NCBI GenBank assembly: GCA_965208325.1
Contig: OZ242326.1
Location: 1,632,001 to 1,696,000 of the forward strand
Length of the DNA: 64,000 nt
Source: Candidatus Poribacteria bacterium
GTDB lineage: Bacteria; Poribacteria; WGA-4E; PCPOR2b
Direction: 5' to 3'
The stretch's first letter is position 1. The number at the start of each line of letters is the position of its first letter. Below the pieces are notes generated by a model. It saw only the letters and a program-made list of their open reading frames with translations. It was not told the origin of the DNA and did no database searches. Position numbers and translations under genes: made by a program. This document shows, in pieces, positions 1 through 10,418 of the stretch.

Positions 1-1
1 G

Positions 2-292
2 ATTGATTCTGCAAAACGCGCGCGTCGAGCGATGACTCAAAACTATATGCTTGAGATTCAAGATCGGATTTGGCAATTTGTCAAAGAAGGTGCTGACAGT
101 ACCGGGGAGATTGACTTGGCACGGGCGAATCAGATACGTCAACGCGCTGAAGATTTTTCACGTATGATTCAGGAGAGTACGCTCACGGTTGAAGTGCAGG
201 TCGTTTTGCTTATGCAGATTTATTCGTTATTGATACGCCTTCAACTCGGCAAACTGATCGTCAGGCTTGAGGAGATTTCCGAAAACCATTAG
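2..292 (+). CDS. 3' end of a hypothetical helical protein (probably truncated by the window edge)
   Basis: The reading frame of the 32..292 ORF is open back to position 2 (IDSAKRARRAMTQ...); no recognisable motif. Confidence 0.5.
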   Translation: MDSAKRARRAMTQNYMLEIQDRIWQFVKEGADSTGEIDLARANQIRQRAEDFSRMIQESTLTVEVQVVLLMQIYSLLIRLQLGKLIVRLEEISENH

Positions 293-440
293 GTTAACAC
301 GTCTAAAACCCATGGGCGGCGAAAGTGGGAGAGATTGAAGAATGTGAATGCTCTTCAGACTCAAGCCAGACGAGTTGCAACCGTTTATTACGCTTGCAAA
401 GAAGAGTCATGCCTCGCGGCAGGCTTAGGATTAGAATCAA

Positions 441-1364
441 ATGCGAACGCAAACGCCAATGGGACACCATACCTGTTGGGACTTTACACTCATCGCCAAC
501 CCGGTTGCGGGAAAAGGCAAAGCAGCCGTAATTGCCGAGAAAGCCTATCGCCGACTCACGGGGCAAGGGTTAAAAGGCGTAATTGAGTTTACAACTCAAC
601 CGGGTGATGCGAATCGCATTGCTCGGGAAATTGTTCAAAACGGTGGGCGGTGGATCATTGCATGCGGCGGTGACGGGACAGTGCATGAGATTGTCAACGC
701 AATTGCAGAAAAGCCCGATGTTGTATTGGGGATGCTTCCGTGCGGTAAGGGAAACGACCTCGCAGGAGCATTAGGAATTCCAAAATCGCTCGCTTCCGCA
801 GTTGACGTACTTTTGTATGGAGTTACTCGCCAGATTGATCTCGGGAGAATTGGAAATCGTTATTTCGATACAATTGTAACATGCGGTTATGATTCTGAAG
901 TGAACCGGCGTGTTGCCGTAGAGGGGGCACCCTTCTCCGGAACTCTGTCTTATGTCTACACCGCAATTACAACGCTTTTCAGTTTTGAATCGCCTTCCGC
1001 TCGGGTTGAGGGAGACTTCGGGGTTTATGACGGGGGCATCCTGCTCACTGCAACGGGAAATACGCGCCGCTATGGCGGTGGGTTGACGATTTTACCGGAC
1101 GCAGTTCTCGACGACGGGCTTCTTGATGTCTGCATCATCAAACCAGTTCCACGCAGGACGGTGCTGTGCATGATGATTTCGCTGTTTTGGGGCGGACATA
1201 CGTCGCACCCCGCTGTGAGAATACACCGAACCAAATCGTTAACCATTCATGCAGATCCGCCAATCCTGCTTTTTGCTGATGGAGAACAGGTGTGTTACAC
1301 GCCTGCGACCATTCAAGTTGTCGAACGCGGCCTGACGGCTCTAGCGTCGCCTGATGCGAGGTAG
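441..1364 (+). CDS. Diacylglycerol kinase family lipid kinase (YegS/DagK-like)
   Basis: NPVAGKG, CGGDGTVHEIVN, LPCGKGNDLA, GNTRRYGGG, DDGLLDV and ADGE motifs; start may be the ATG at 459. Confidence 0.92.
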   Translation: MRTQTPMGHHTCWDFTLIANPVAGKGKAAVIAEKAYRRLTGQGLKGVIEFTTQPGDANRIAREIVQNGGRWIIACGGDGTVHEIVNAIAEKPDVVLGMLPCGKGNDLAGALGIPKSLASAVDVLLYGVTRQIDLGRIGNRYFDTIVTCGYDSEVNRRVAVEGAPFSGTLSYVYTAITTLFSFESPSARVEGDFGVYDGGILLTATGNTRRYGGGLTILPDAVLDDGLLDVCIIKPVPRRTVLCMMISLFWGGHTSHPAVRIHRTKSLTIHADPPILLFADGEQVCYTPATIQVVERGLTALASPDAR

Positions 1365-1397
1365 GAGGATAGACGGCGGGCAATACACCAGTAGACG

Positions 1398-2585
1398 CTA
1401 GAATGCCGCCTCAAACAGACGTTTCATGTCAGTTTCATTGCACGGACGGGGGTTAACCTTGTAACAGTGATCGAGCATGGCGTCTTTCGCTAGCCTCGGA
1501 ATGTGTTCTTTTTTCAAGCCTGCCTCGCCCAAACCAGTGGGCATTCCTAGCTCTCTGTTCAACAAATGTATTTTCTCAATTGCCGCACGAGCCATTTCTT
1601 CCTTTGAATTGCCCGGTGCACTCACACCTAAGGCAGCGGCGACTTCCGCATAGCGATCTACGGCATACGTTAAATTAAACGCCATAACATGCGGCAGCAG
1701 GATTGCATTCGCTATGCCATGTGGAATATTGGCTTCCTCTGACGACAGTTGATGGGCGAGCGAGTGAACTGCGCCAAGCCCTTTCTGGAATGAGACTGCT
1801 GCCATTGAAGCGGCGAGTAACATCTCGCCGCGCGCCTCAATATCGTTGCCGTGATGATAGACGCGGCAGATGTTTCTGCCCAGCATCCTCAAGGTTTGCA
1901 GCGCGATTCCCTCCGAAATAGGGTGATACCGTGTCGCTACATAAGCCTCTACGCCATGTGTAACGGCATCCATACCTGTCGCCGCAGTCAAGGCGGGCGG
2001 CATACCCAGCGTCAATTCCGCATCTAGCAGCGCTAGGGATGACATCATGTGCGGCGAGACTATCGCACGTTTGCGCCACCGGTCGGTCGTTTGGTGTGTA
2101 GTGTCAGTAATGATTGCGGCTTGCGACACCTCGCTGCCGGTTCCGGCGGTTGTTGGCACGGATATTAGCGGCGGAAGGTTGCCGGTAATGTTTTCAATAC
2201 CTCCCCCATCAAGAAAGTAGCGTTCTAACGGAGGTTCGTGTGTTGCGAGCAGGCGAATCGCCTTCGCCGCGTCCATCACACTTCCGCCGCCGATGGCAAT
2301 CACTAAATCGCACGCTTCAGCGCGGTAAACTTCAAGTCCCTTGAGCGCCATGCGGTCTGTGGGGTTGGGCTCAATTTCGTCGAAAACTACATGGTGGATT
2401 TGTTTGCTTGCTAATGATTTTACGGCATTGGATAAAATGCCCGCCCTTACAACGCCCGCGTCGGTTGCGATGAACGGTTTTTTCTTACCAAACGATTTGA
2501 CGTGATTTCCCAAGTTGCCGATTGCCCCAACCCCGAACTCAATTCGCGGGGGTAAGAAGTAATTAATAATTGCATGATATGTCAT
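1398..2585 (-). CDS. Iron-containing alcohol dehydrogenase
   Basis: GGGSVMDAAK, PTTAGTGSE, GMDAVTHGVE, HSLAHQ and PHGIANA motifs. Confidence 0.93.
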   Translation of the reverse strand: MTYHAIINYFLPPRIEFGVGAIGNLGNHVKSFGKKKPFIATDAGVVRAGILSNAVKSLASKQIHHVVFDEIEPNPTDRMALKGLEVYRAEACDLVIAIGGGSVMDAAKAIRLLATHEPPLERYFLDGGGIENITGNLPPLISVPTTAGTGSEVSQAAIITDTTHQTTDRWRKRAIVSPHMMSSLALLDAELTLGMPPALTAATGMDAVTHGVEAYVATRYHPISEGIALQTLRMLGRNICRVYHHGNDIEARGEMLLAASMAAVSFQKGLGAVHSLAHQLSSEEANIPHGIANAILLPHVMAFNLTYAVDRYAEVAAALGVSAPGNSKEEMARAAIEKIHLLNRELGMPTGLGEAGLKKEHIPRLAKDAMLDHCYKVNPRPCNETDMKRLFEAAF

Positions 2586-2745
2586 ATTTGCTTCCTTGTT
2601 TTAAGATGAATAATAACGGTTTTGGAAGAAAACACGGTAATTTTTTCGTGGGCGGCGAAAATTTCTAGTCAAGATTTTCAATTCATTTCGATTGTATGAA
2701 AAAACAATCGGGCCGTATCTTCTCTCTACTGGCTGTTTACGGTTC

Positions 2746-4143
2746 TCATGCCGTATGCTTATTCTTAAAATCCTGGCTATTTAATCCATAGTTCTGCATA
2801 CGGTTTTGCAGTTGGCGCCGGGAGATTCCCAAGAGTTCAGCAGCTTTAGTCTGGTTGCCGCGGCTTTGCCTCAAGGCTGTACGGATGTATTCCATCACAA
2901 TTTCTTCCAGTGAAACGCCTTCCTCTTGAATTTCAACGAGAACGTTTGACGGCGGCAAGGAACTATCCGAAATTTCGAGCGGCAAATCTTCGATATCGAT
3001 TACATCCCCTTCTCGAAGCACGAATGTTCTTAACAAGCAATTTTCCAATTGCCGCACATTACCCGGCCATTCGTATCGGCGAAGCGCTGACATCGATCTT
3101 GGCGTCATACGCTTCGGCATTGCATCCGGATATTCTTCGCTGAATTTTTGGAGGAAGAAATCAACTAAAATTTGAATGTCGCTTTTCCTTTCACGGAGCG
3201 GGGGCATCTGAAGTTGAATGACATTTAAGCGAAAATAGAGATCTTCACGGAACGCACCTGCTTCGACCGCCGCTTGCAAATCTTGATTTGTCGCGGCAAT
3301 GACACACACATCAACTTTAATGGGTTCGATTCCCCCCACTCTCATAATCTCCCGGTCCTGCAGAACGCGCAGAAACTTGCTCTGTGCAGACATGGAGATG
3401 TCCCCTATTTCATCGAGGAAAATTACCCCGCCGCTTGCGACCTCGAACAGCCCTTTCTTCTGGCGGTCCGCTCCCGTAAAGGAGCCCTTTTCATGCCCGA
3501 ACAGCTCGCTTTCAATCAACTCGTGGGGCACAGAACTACAGTTGACCGCGACGAATGGCTGATCTTTCCGCTTCCCTTTTTCATGGATGGCTCTTGCAAC
3601 CAAATCCTTTCCAGTGCCGGTCTCTCCTGTGATTAAAACTTGATTGACGCCTCGATGAATAATGCGGGACATGGTTTTAAACAACTGATTCATTCGTTCG
3701 CTCTGACCGATAATCCGCTCGAAGTGAACCATTTGTACGGGTTGATTTACTTCCTTGGGTTTACCATCAGTAAGCGCACCCCGCTCTTCTAACGCGCGTT
3801 TAATCTGCGTTTTAAGTTCATCGTTATTGATGGGTTTCTGAAGATAATAGAATGCGCCTTCACGGGCTACCAAATCAACTGCATCCTTTAATTCGGCGAA
3901 AGCTGTCACGATGAGTACGGGCAGGTCTGGATCCGTCTCCTTAATTTCGCGCAGGAGGTCTCGCCCTGTCATCCCGGGCATTCGCATGTCACTGATGACC
4001 AGGTCAAACATCGTGCCTTCAATTTTTTCAAGCGCGTTGAGGCCGTTTTCCGCTAACGTCACCTCGTAACCTTCACGTTCCAATATGCGCTGTAAAACTT
4101 TTCGCTGCCCCGATTCATCCTCAACAACTAAAATTGATGGCAT
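2746..4143 (-). CDS. Sigma-54-dependent response regulator (NtrC/AtoC family)
   Basis: Receiver domain (VVEDE, SDMRMPG), GETGTGKD, ESELFGHEKGSFTGA, FLDEIGD, WPGNVRQLEN, Fis-type HTH; purine-rich RBS before the ATG at 4143. Confidence 0.95.
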   Translation of the reverse strand: MPSILVVEDESGQRKVLQRILEREGYEVTLAENGLNALEKIEGTMFDLVISDMRMPGMTGRDLLREIKETDPDLPVLIVTAFAELKDAVDLVAREGAFYYLQKPINNDELKTQIKRALEERGALTDGKPKEVNQPVQMVHFERIIGQSERMNQLFKTMSRIIHRGVNQVLITGETGTGKDLVARAIHEKGKRKDQPFVAVNCSSVPHELIESELFGHEKGSFTGADRQKKGLFEVASGGVIFLDEIGDISMSAQSKFLRVLQDREIMRVGGIEPIKVDVCVIAATNQDLQAAVEAGAFREDLYFRLNVIQLQMPPLRERKSDIQILVDFFLQKFSEEYPDAMPKRMTPRSMSALRRYEWPGNVRQLENCLLRTFVLREGDVIDIEDLPLEISDSSLPPSNVLVEIQEEGVSLEEIVMEYIRTALRQSRGNQTKAAELLGISRRQLQNRMQNYGLNSQDFKNKHTA

Positions 4144-4166
4144 ATAGAATCCCCCTTTCCGAACCG

Positions 4167-5900
4167 TCAATCACCGATATCGGCCGCGCTCAACGGAAAA
4201 GTAACCATAAACGCAGTTCCCATCCCAACCTGACTCTTGAACTCAACCTCTCCGTGATGCGCCATGATGATTTGATGTGAAATTGCAAGTCCCAGCCCCA
4301 TACCGCCATCTTTCTCTTTCGTTGTGAAATAGGCGTCGAATATGCGTTCTTGAATCTCATTCGGAATGCCGATGCCTGTATCACGAATTTCCAAAGCAAC
4401 CTGTTTCGCGCCGCCGATTGGCATTTCCAGTTCGGTGGTGATGTAAATGCTGCCGCCTTTAGGCATGGCTTGAATACTGTTGCGGATAAAATTAAAAATA
4501 GCTTGCCGAATCAACCCTGCATCAAGGTTTAGGCGGGGAAGATTTTCATATTTTTTGACCACTTGGACGTTGGCATTCTCCATCGTAAGTGTAAATTCCG
4601 CTAGCACCCGATCCAGGAGTTCATTGAGTTTGGTTGGCTCAAGATTAAGTTCCTTGGGGCGGTTCAGTGTCAAGAACTGTTCAGAGATATGCCTCAACTG
4701 TTCAATCTCATAATTGACTATATTCAGAAACTCTCTCGTTTCTTCAATATCTTGCGGTTTTATCTCCTTTTCCGAGAAGAGGTCCTTAAGATGTTGAGCG
4801 GTCATTCCGATAGTATTAAGCGGATTTCGGATTTCGTGGGCAACTCCCGCCGCAAGTTGTCCAAGCGCGGCGATTCGCTTCGACTGAGTCTGTTGTAATT
4901 GCCGCAGCATTCGCACAAGGGTTGCGGTGATGCGGCTAATTTCGCCCGATGAATAGGATTCCGGTACGGATTCCAATTCGCCGGATTCTGCACGTTTTAT
5001 TATCTCCATCATTCGCTCAAGTGGCCGGATGATAAGACGAGTTGTTGTCATGTCAATGATAATCACAAGTAATACACTAACGATAATGACCGATAGGAGG
5101 TGCATCTGACGCGAATTTGTGATTAATCTGGCAATGTCGGGCACCTCAAAAAGGACTTGGATATATCCTTTTATCTTTGGGGAAGTATCTTTATCTATGA
5201 GGAAACTGAGTCGATCTTCATATTTCCATACGACATATCTCTGGTCGTTAACTGTGTCAGTGATTAGCCAGCGTTTGCCCTTCTCCGTACTTGCCACATT
5301 AACATCCTGGGATAGTATAACCTCTTGGCTATCAAGCTCATGCCTAAGCGCCTCTGAAATAGTCTCGTTTTCCAAGTCGCTTTGGTGGTGCAAACCAACG
5401 CTAGCTTCCAGCGACAAATCTGGTTGGATATAAAGTTGCACCTCGTAAGGAATGATTACCGCCGTTGCATATTTGTTGCCGTTAATCGGGGGCGTATCAT
5501 ACACCGTCACACCGTTCAGGTCAATCTCAAGTCGGTCTTGCGCATTCAAGTTAATGCGATCTTCGGCATTGTTGTTTGGAACAAGGCTTGCCTGAATTCG
5601 AGAATCGCCGACTGTGACGTGAATGTCCAATATGTTTTCCATATGCTGAGGATCCAATGCCCGTAATGCGTATTCGATTTCATTCCGCTTAAATTCTTGC
5701 CACCGTTCAATTTCAGCTTCAATGCGAGGTCGTACAGTTTTTTCCGCGATTCCTTTGAAGACCGCCCCTCTTTTTACTCCGCCGTCGTGCAGTATTTTCA
5801 AATCCCTCCGCGCAATGAAATCATCATACCAATAAAAAGACACTAAAATCGCCAAGACAGATAGGTTTACAATTAGCGCATACTTCCATTGCAAACGCAT
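4167..5900 (-). CDS. Membrane sensor histidine kinase (HAMP, HisKA, HATPase)
   Basis: Two TM segments, AHEIRNPL H-box, DTGIGI, GMGLGL; directly upstream of the response regulator. Confidence 0.93.
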   Translation of the reverse strand: MRLQWKYALIVNLSVLAILVSFYWYDDFIARRDLKILHDGGVKRGAVFKGIAEKTVRPRIEAEIERWQEFKRNEIEYALRALDPQHMENILDIHVTVGDSRIQASLVPNNNAEDRINLNAQDRLEIDLNGVTVYDTPPINGNKYATAVIIPYEVQLYIQPDLSLEASVGLHHQSDLENETISEALRHELDSQEVILSQDVNVASTEKGKRWLITDTVNDQRYVVWKYEDRLSFLIDKDTSPKIKGYIQVLFEVPDIARLITNSRQMHLLSVIIVSVLLVIIIDMTTTRLIIRPLERMMEIIKRAESGELESVPESYSSGEISRITATLVRMLRQLQQTQSKRIAALGQLAAGVAHEIRNPLNTIGMTAQHLKDLFSEKEIKPQDIEETREFLNIVNYEIEQLRHISEQFLTLNRPKELNLEPTKLNELLDRVLAEFTLTMENANVQVVKKYENLPRLNLDAGLIRQAIFNFIRNSIQAMPKGGSIYITTELEMPIGGAKQVALEIRDTGIGIPNEIQERIFDAYFTTKEKDGGMGLGLAISHQIIMAHHGEVEFKSQVGMGTAFMVTFPLSAADIGD

Positions 5901-5901
5901 G

Positions 5902-7389
5902 CTAACTCAACACCTTTCCTACAGCTGCCCGCCATGCTTCCAGCTTTTCCGTTCTTTGACGCGCGGATAATTGAGGGGAGAAAACTGTGTCTATTTTGCG
6001 GTGCGATTCCAAGTCCTTGACACTGTGCCAAATACCGACCGTAAGCCCCGCGCAGTAACCTGCCCCAAGTCCTGTTGTTTCGGTTTGGGTTGGAAGCTCG
6101 ACATCAATTCCTAAAACGTCTGCCTGAATCTGCATCAGGAGATTGTTTGCGGCGGCTCCACCGTCAACGCGCAGTCGGTCCAACTCAATCCCTGCATCGG
6201 CAACCATCGCTGTGACAACGTCGGTTGTCTGAAACGCGATCGATTCGAGTGTCGCCCGGACTATGTGCGCGCGGGTCGTTCCGCGAGTCAAACCGAGAAT
6301 CGCTCCCCGTGCGTTCGAATCCCAATACGGCGCGCCAAGTCCGGTAAATGCGGGAACGACGAAAACGCCGCCTAAATCCGCAACACTGGCGGCAATAGTT
6401 TCAGTTTCTGAGGCGGATTTGATGACCTGCAGTCCATCTCTCAACCACTGTATTGCGGCTCCGGCGATAAACACGCTGCCTTCAAGCGCGTAAACCGGTT
6501 TTTCATCCATACCGCACGCCAAGGTGGTCAATAATCCCGACTTTGAATGGACGCGCCTGTCTCCGGTGTTGAGCATCAAAAAACAACCGGTGCCGTACGT
6601 ATTTTTCGCCATTGGCGGCTGTGTGCAGAGTTGTCCAAATAACGCGGCTTGTTGATCACCGGCGATTCCGGAAATCGGGATGCCGTTCGGTAAAGGGTCG
6701 ATATTCTTCGTTTTACCAAAAACGCTCGCAGAGGGTTGCACTTCGGGTAAGACGCGTTTAGGCACACGAAACTCGGCTAACAGCTCATCGTCCCATGCGA
6801 GGGCGTCGATGTTGAACAACATCGTGCGAGACGCGTTCGTATAGTCCGTTGCATGAACTTCGCCTGCAGTCAAATTCCATAGAAGCCATGCGTCAATTGT
6901 ACCAAAAGCGAGTTCTCCGCGTTCAGCGCGCCCGCGAGCGCCATCGACGCTATCTAATATCCACGCAACCTTTGTCGCGGAGAAATACGCGTCAAGCACC
7001 AATCCGGTTTTGGCGCGTACGCAATTTTCAACTCCCCGCGCCTTTAAATCTTCGCACACCCCGGATGTGCGGCGGCATTGCCACACGATTGCAGGATGAA
7101 TCGGTTTTCCTGTACTCCGATCCCACACCACCGTGGTCTCACGCTGATTTGCTAAACCAATTGCCGCAATTTGCTGCGCAACTCCGTGGGCGTTGACGAG
7201 ATTGGTTATGACGTTGCGGGTTACTTCCCAGATTTCCGTGGCATCATGTTCGACCCAGCCGGGGTGAGGATACCGCTGGGTAAATTCGCAATAGCCGCGC
7301 GCCGCAATTTCTCCGTATGTATCGATAAGTAACACTGTCGATCCTGTTGTACCCTGATCGATTGAGAGAATGTAACGGCGCCTCGCCAT
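5902..7389 (-). CDS. glpK: Glycerol kinase
   Basis: IDQGTTG, NQRETT, WQCRRT, YFSATK, TDYTNASRT, GDQQAALFGQ, KNTYGTGCF, PAFTGLGAPYWD. Confidence 0.97.
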   Translation of the reverse strand: MARRRYILSIDQGTTGSTVLLIDTYGEIAARGYCEFTQRYPHPGWVEHDATEIWEVTRNVITNLVNAHGVAQQIAAIGLANQRETTVVWDRSTGKPIHPAIVWQCRRTSGVCEDLKARGVENCVRAKTGLVLDAYFSATKVAWILDSVDGARGRAERGELAFGTIDAWLLWNLTAGEVHATDYTNASRTMLFNIDALAWDDELLAEFRVPKRVLPEVQPSASVFGKTKNIDPLPNGIPISGIAGDQQAALFGQLCTQPPMAKNTYGTGCFLMLNTGDRRVHSKSGLLTTLACGMDEKPVYALEGSVFIAGAAIQWLRDGLQVIKSASETETIAASVADLGGVFVVPAFTGLGAPYWDSNARGAILGLTRGTTRAHIVRATLESIAFQTTDVVTAMVADAGIELDRLRVDGGAAANNLLMQIQADVLGIDVELPTQTETTGLGAGYCAGLTVGIWHSVKDLESHRKIDTVFSPQLSARQRTEKLEAWRAAVGKVLS

Positions 7390-7582
7390 GCTATCGGCTC
7401 CACGGAATTGAATCGACCGTCTCTTGGTATTTGTGAGGTCTTTTTCGGCAGATCTTGGAGGAACTGTACAAATGTAGGTGAGGAATGCGCCAATTCCTTG
7501 TTCGCCAACCCGGTTGAGGACAATTTACACGGCTCATACACAGCCGTGGACAAGGAATGATTGCCAATATCAATATGATGAC

Positions 7583-7611
7583 ACTATATCACAGAGGTAA
7601 GTGACCGTCAA
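7583..7611 (-). promoter_or_regulatory. Putative sigma-70 promoter of the glpK-HK-RR operon
   Basis: Minus strand TTGACG-17 nt-TATAGT with extended -10 TG. Confidence 0.6.
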
Positions 7612-7777
7612 TAAGAAATTCAAGGCTTACACCGTTGAGCACTCAGTGTCCCGCAGCGAGATGGTTCACCGCACGCGATTAACTCCTGAACTTAAAAGGG
7701 CTTAGTCAACGGCCGAAGATCTTATGTTGTTAATTCAGGCGAGTCGGTTTCTCCACCCATGACGCACACTAGTCTTC

Positions 7778-7806
7778 TTGTTTCCACCCCTCCCTTGTGG
7801 TATAAT
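7778..7806 (+). promoter_or_regulatory. Putative sigma-70 promoter of the aldo/keto reductase pair
   Basis: TTGTTT-17 nt-TATAAT with extended TGn -10. Confidence 0.6.
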
Positions 7807-7883
7807 GTCCCAATTAAAGCACGAACCGGCTTACTTGACATCATAACCGTAAACAGCAGCATTAAATAGAGAAGGAGTTTCAT

Positions 7884-8903
7884 ATGGAGTATCGTAGTCT
7901 TGGAAGAACAGGAACCAAGGTGAGCATGTTATGCTTGGGCTGTTTGATGTTTGGCCGTCGAACCGAGGAACCCGAAGCCATGGACATGGTAAATGTGGCA
8001 ATTGACGCCGGGATTAACTTTTTTGACACGGCAAATATGTACAGCCGCGGCGTCAGTGAAGAAATGGTCGGCACAGCGTTGAAGCGCAACGGTAAACGGT
8101 CACGAATCGTGCTCGCTACCAAGGTCCACTTCCCTATGGACGACGAAGATCCCAATGCACGGGGCAACAGCCGCCGACACATCATAGAGCAGTGCGAGTC
8201 GTCACTGAGGCGGTTACAAACTGACTACATCGATTTGTACCAAATCCATCGTCCATGTCCCGATATCCCGATTGATGAGACGCTTCGCGCGTTGGACGAT
8301 TTGATTCGTGCCGGCAAGGTGCGTTACATCGGGTGCAGCACTTTTGCAGCTTGGCAGGTAGTTGAATCGTTGTGGGTTTCAGAAGAGCTAAGACTGAATC
8401 GTTTCATCTGTGAACAGCCGCCGTATCATCTCTTGGATCGAAGCATTGAGCGGGAATTGGTCCCAATGGCGCAAACGTATGGGCTGGCAATGATTCCCTG
8501 GGCGCCGCTAGCGGGTGGATTTCTAACGGGGAAATACCGTCGAGACCAGCCGCCTCCGGCGAACTCCAGGTATCGCGACGATAACAGTTTTGCGTTGTTA
8601 TCTTCGGACGCTGCCTTTAACGTACTAGATGTCGTCTCAGCGATAGCCGCGGAGAAGGGTTGTACGCCCAGTCAGGTTGCCCTGGCTTGGTGCGCACAAC
8701 AGCCAGGCATTACCAGCCCGATTATCGGTCCCCGATCAATGGAACAACTGCAGGACAATCTCGAAGCCGTCTCCGTGTCGGTGACTGATGCAGATCGGGC
8801 TCGCCTCGATAAGGTTGCCCCTCCCGGGCGGTCGACATCCTATGGGACGGTGATTTCCTACGAGTATCATCAATCCGGTTTTGGCCCCCACACCTACCGG
8901 TAA
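7884..8903 (+). CDS. Aldo/keto reductase (paralog 1)
   Basis: GINFFDTANMY, LATK, SLRRLQTDYIDLYQIH, GKVRYIG; AAGGAG RBS. Confidence 0.95.
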   Translation: MEYRSLGRTGTKVSMLCLGCLMFGRRTEEPEAMDMVNVAIDAGINFFDTANMYSRGVSEEMVGTALKRNGKRSRIVLATKVHFPMDDEDPNARGNSRRHIIEQCESSLRRLQTDYIDLYQIHRPCPDIPIDETLRALDDLIRAGKVRYIGCSTFAAWQVVESLWVSEELRLNRFICEQPPYHLLDRSIERELVPMAQTYGLAMIPWAPLAGGFLTGKYRRDQPPPANSRYRDDNSFALLSSDAAFNVLDVVSAIAAEKGCTPSQVALAWCAQQPGITSPIIGPRSMEQLQDNLEAVSVSVTDADRARLDKVAPPGRSTSYGTVISYEYHQSGFGPHTYR

Positions 8904-8941
8904 TTAGAAGGGTGCCCTAGCAGATAGAGAAAGCGAGGAAC

Positions 8942-9949
8942 ATGCAAATGGAGTACCGCAGCCTTGGACGTACAGGCACGAAGGTAAGCGCTCTGTGTCT
9001 TGGAAGCGTGACATTTGGGGATCGAACGAGCGAATCCGACGCCATGGATATCATCGATCGGGGAGTTGACGCGGGAATCAATTTTTTGGATACAGCCAAT
9101 GTCTACAATCGCGGCCGGAGTGAAGAAGTCATCGGCAAAGCGCTCGAGCGCAATGGGAAACGTCCTCACATCGTGTTAGCGACCAAAGTGCACAGCCGCA
9201 TGAACGACATCGACCCCAACGCAGCGGGGAATCACCGCCGACATATCATCGAGCAGTGCGAGGCGTCACTGAGACGTTTGCAGACGGATTACATTGACCT
9301 ATACCAAATCCATCGTCCTACATCAGACGTGCCAATTGACGAAACACTCGGCGCGCTAGATGACCTCATCCGAAGTGGAAAGGTACGCTACATCGGTACG
9401 AGTACGTACGGGGCTTGGCAAGTTATGGAATCGCTGTGGACTTCGAAAGCGCTGGGGTTGAATCGCTTTGTAAGTGAGCAACCGCCATATCACCTGTTGG
9501 ATCGACGTATTGAGCTTGAGTTAGTCCCCATGGCGCAGACGTATGGGCTTGCGTTGATTCCGTGGTCGCCGTTGGCTGGTGGTTTCTTAACAGGCAAATA
9601 CAACCGTGACGGCTCACGCCCCGCAAGCGCCCGTTTCCAACCGGAAAATGAAGACCGTGACCTATTTTCGGACGCTGCGTTCGATGTCTTGGATGTTGTG
9701 TCAAATATCGCTAAAGAGAAGAATTGTACACCGAGCCAGTTTGCACTAGCATGGTGTGCCCAACAACCTGGCATTACCAGTCCAATAATTGGCCCAAGAA
9801 CAATGGCTCAGCTAGAAGACAACTTGGGTGCAATACACCTGCGGGTGACTGATGAGGATAGGGCGAGCCTTGATGAAAAAATCCCGCCCAATCAATGCAT
9901 TGCCTCCTACTATGAGGCAGATTTCGGCCCGCATGCGTTTCGACGGTAA
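8942..9949 (+). CDS. Aldo/keto reductase (paralog 2)
   Basis: Same motifs as the upstream gene; clear tandem paralog. Confidence 0.95.
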   Translation: MQMEYRSLGRTGTKVSALCLGSVTFGDRTSESDAMDIIDRGVDAGINFLDTANVYNRGRSEEVIGKALERNGKRPHIVLATKVHSRMNDIDPNAAGNHRRHIIEQCEASLRRLQTDYIDLYQIHRPTSDVPIDETLGALDDLIRSGKVRYIGTSTYGAWQVMESLWTSKALGLNRFVSEQPPYHLLDRRIELELVPMAQTYGLALIPWSPLAGGFLTGKYNRDGSRPASARFQPENEDRDLFSDAAFDVLDVVSNIAKEKNCTPSQFALAWCAQQPGITSPIIGPRTMAQLEDNLGAIHLRVTDEDRASLDEKIPPNQCIASYYEADFGPHAFRR

Positions 9950-10052
9950 TGCCCTTTTCGGTCACATCATTGGTAGAATTTATTTTCAAAGGCAAAGGTA
10001 ACCTAGACCCGTCACAATTCTCGCGTTCCTAGCGTGTTTTTTTCCCCGCTAA

Positions 10053-10205
10053 CTCCCCCTTATCAAGGGGGAGGATTGGGATTATTATTGCGCAGCCCCT
10101 AACCGTAGGGCGGGGTTCCCCCGCCCATTGATTTACTCCGGACAGGTAACGCACAACGCTACTGATTTGATTCGAAACAGAAGGTTGGGAGCCCCTACCC
10201 CTACG
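10053..10205. repeat. Cluster of extragenic palindromes (hairpin plus inverted GTAG-type REP pair)
   Basis: CTCCCCCTT-ATC-AAGGGGGAG hairpin (10053-10073); CGTAGGGCGGGG-TTC-CCCCGCCC (10104-10126) and inverted GGTTGGGAGCCCCTACCCCTACG (10183-10205). Confidence 0.65.
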
Positions 10206-10418
10206 AAATGTCATGGTACGGCGCACTGTCCTTAAATTGATATTTTACTCATCTCTGTGGAAGCGTCCTCCCGGACGCGATAATCTCCGAATTCCGAGGC
10301 AACGACGCTTTTTCCGCCGGTGGAATTTATGCAAACACAAAAAGACAAAACTCGGCATGACAGGTCTACACAAAATCTTGGCGAGCCACCCTAAAGAACT
10401 AGCACCAAGGGCTAATGA

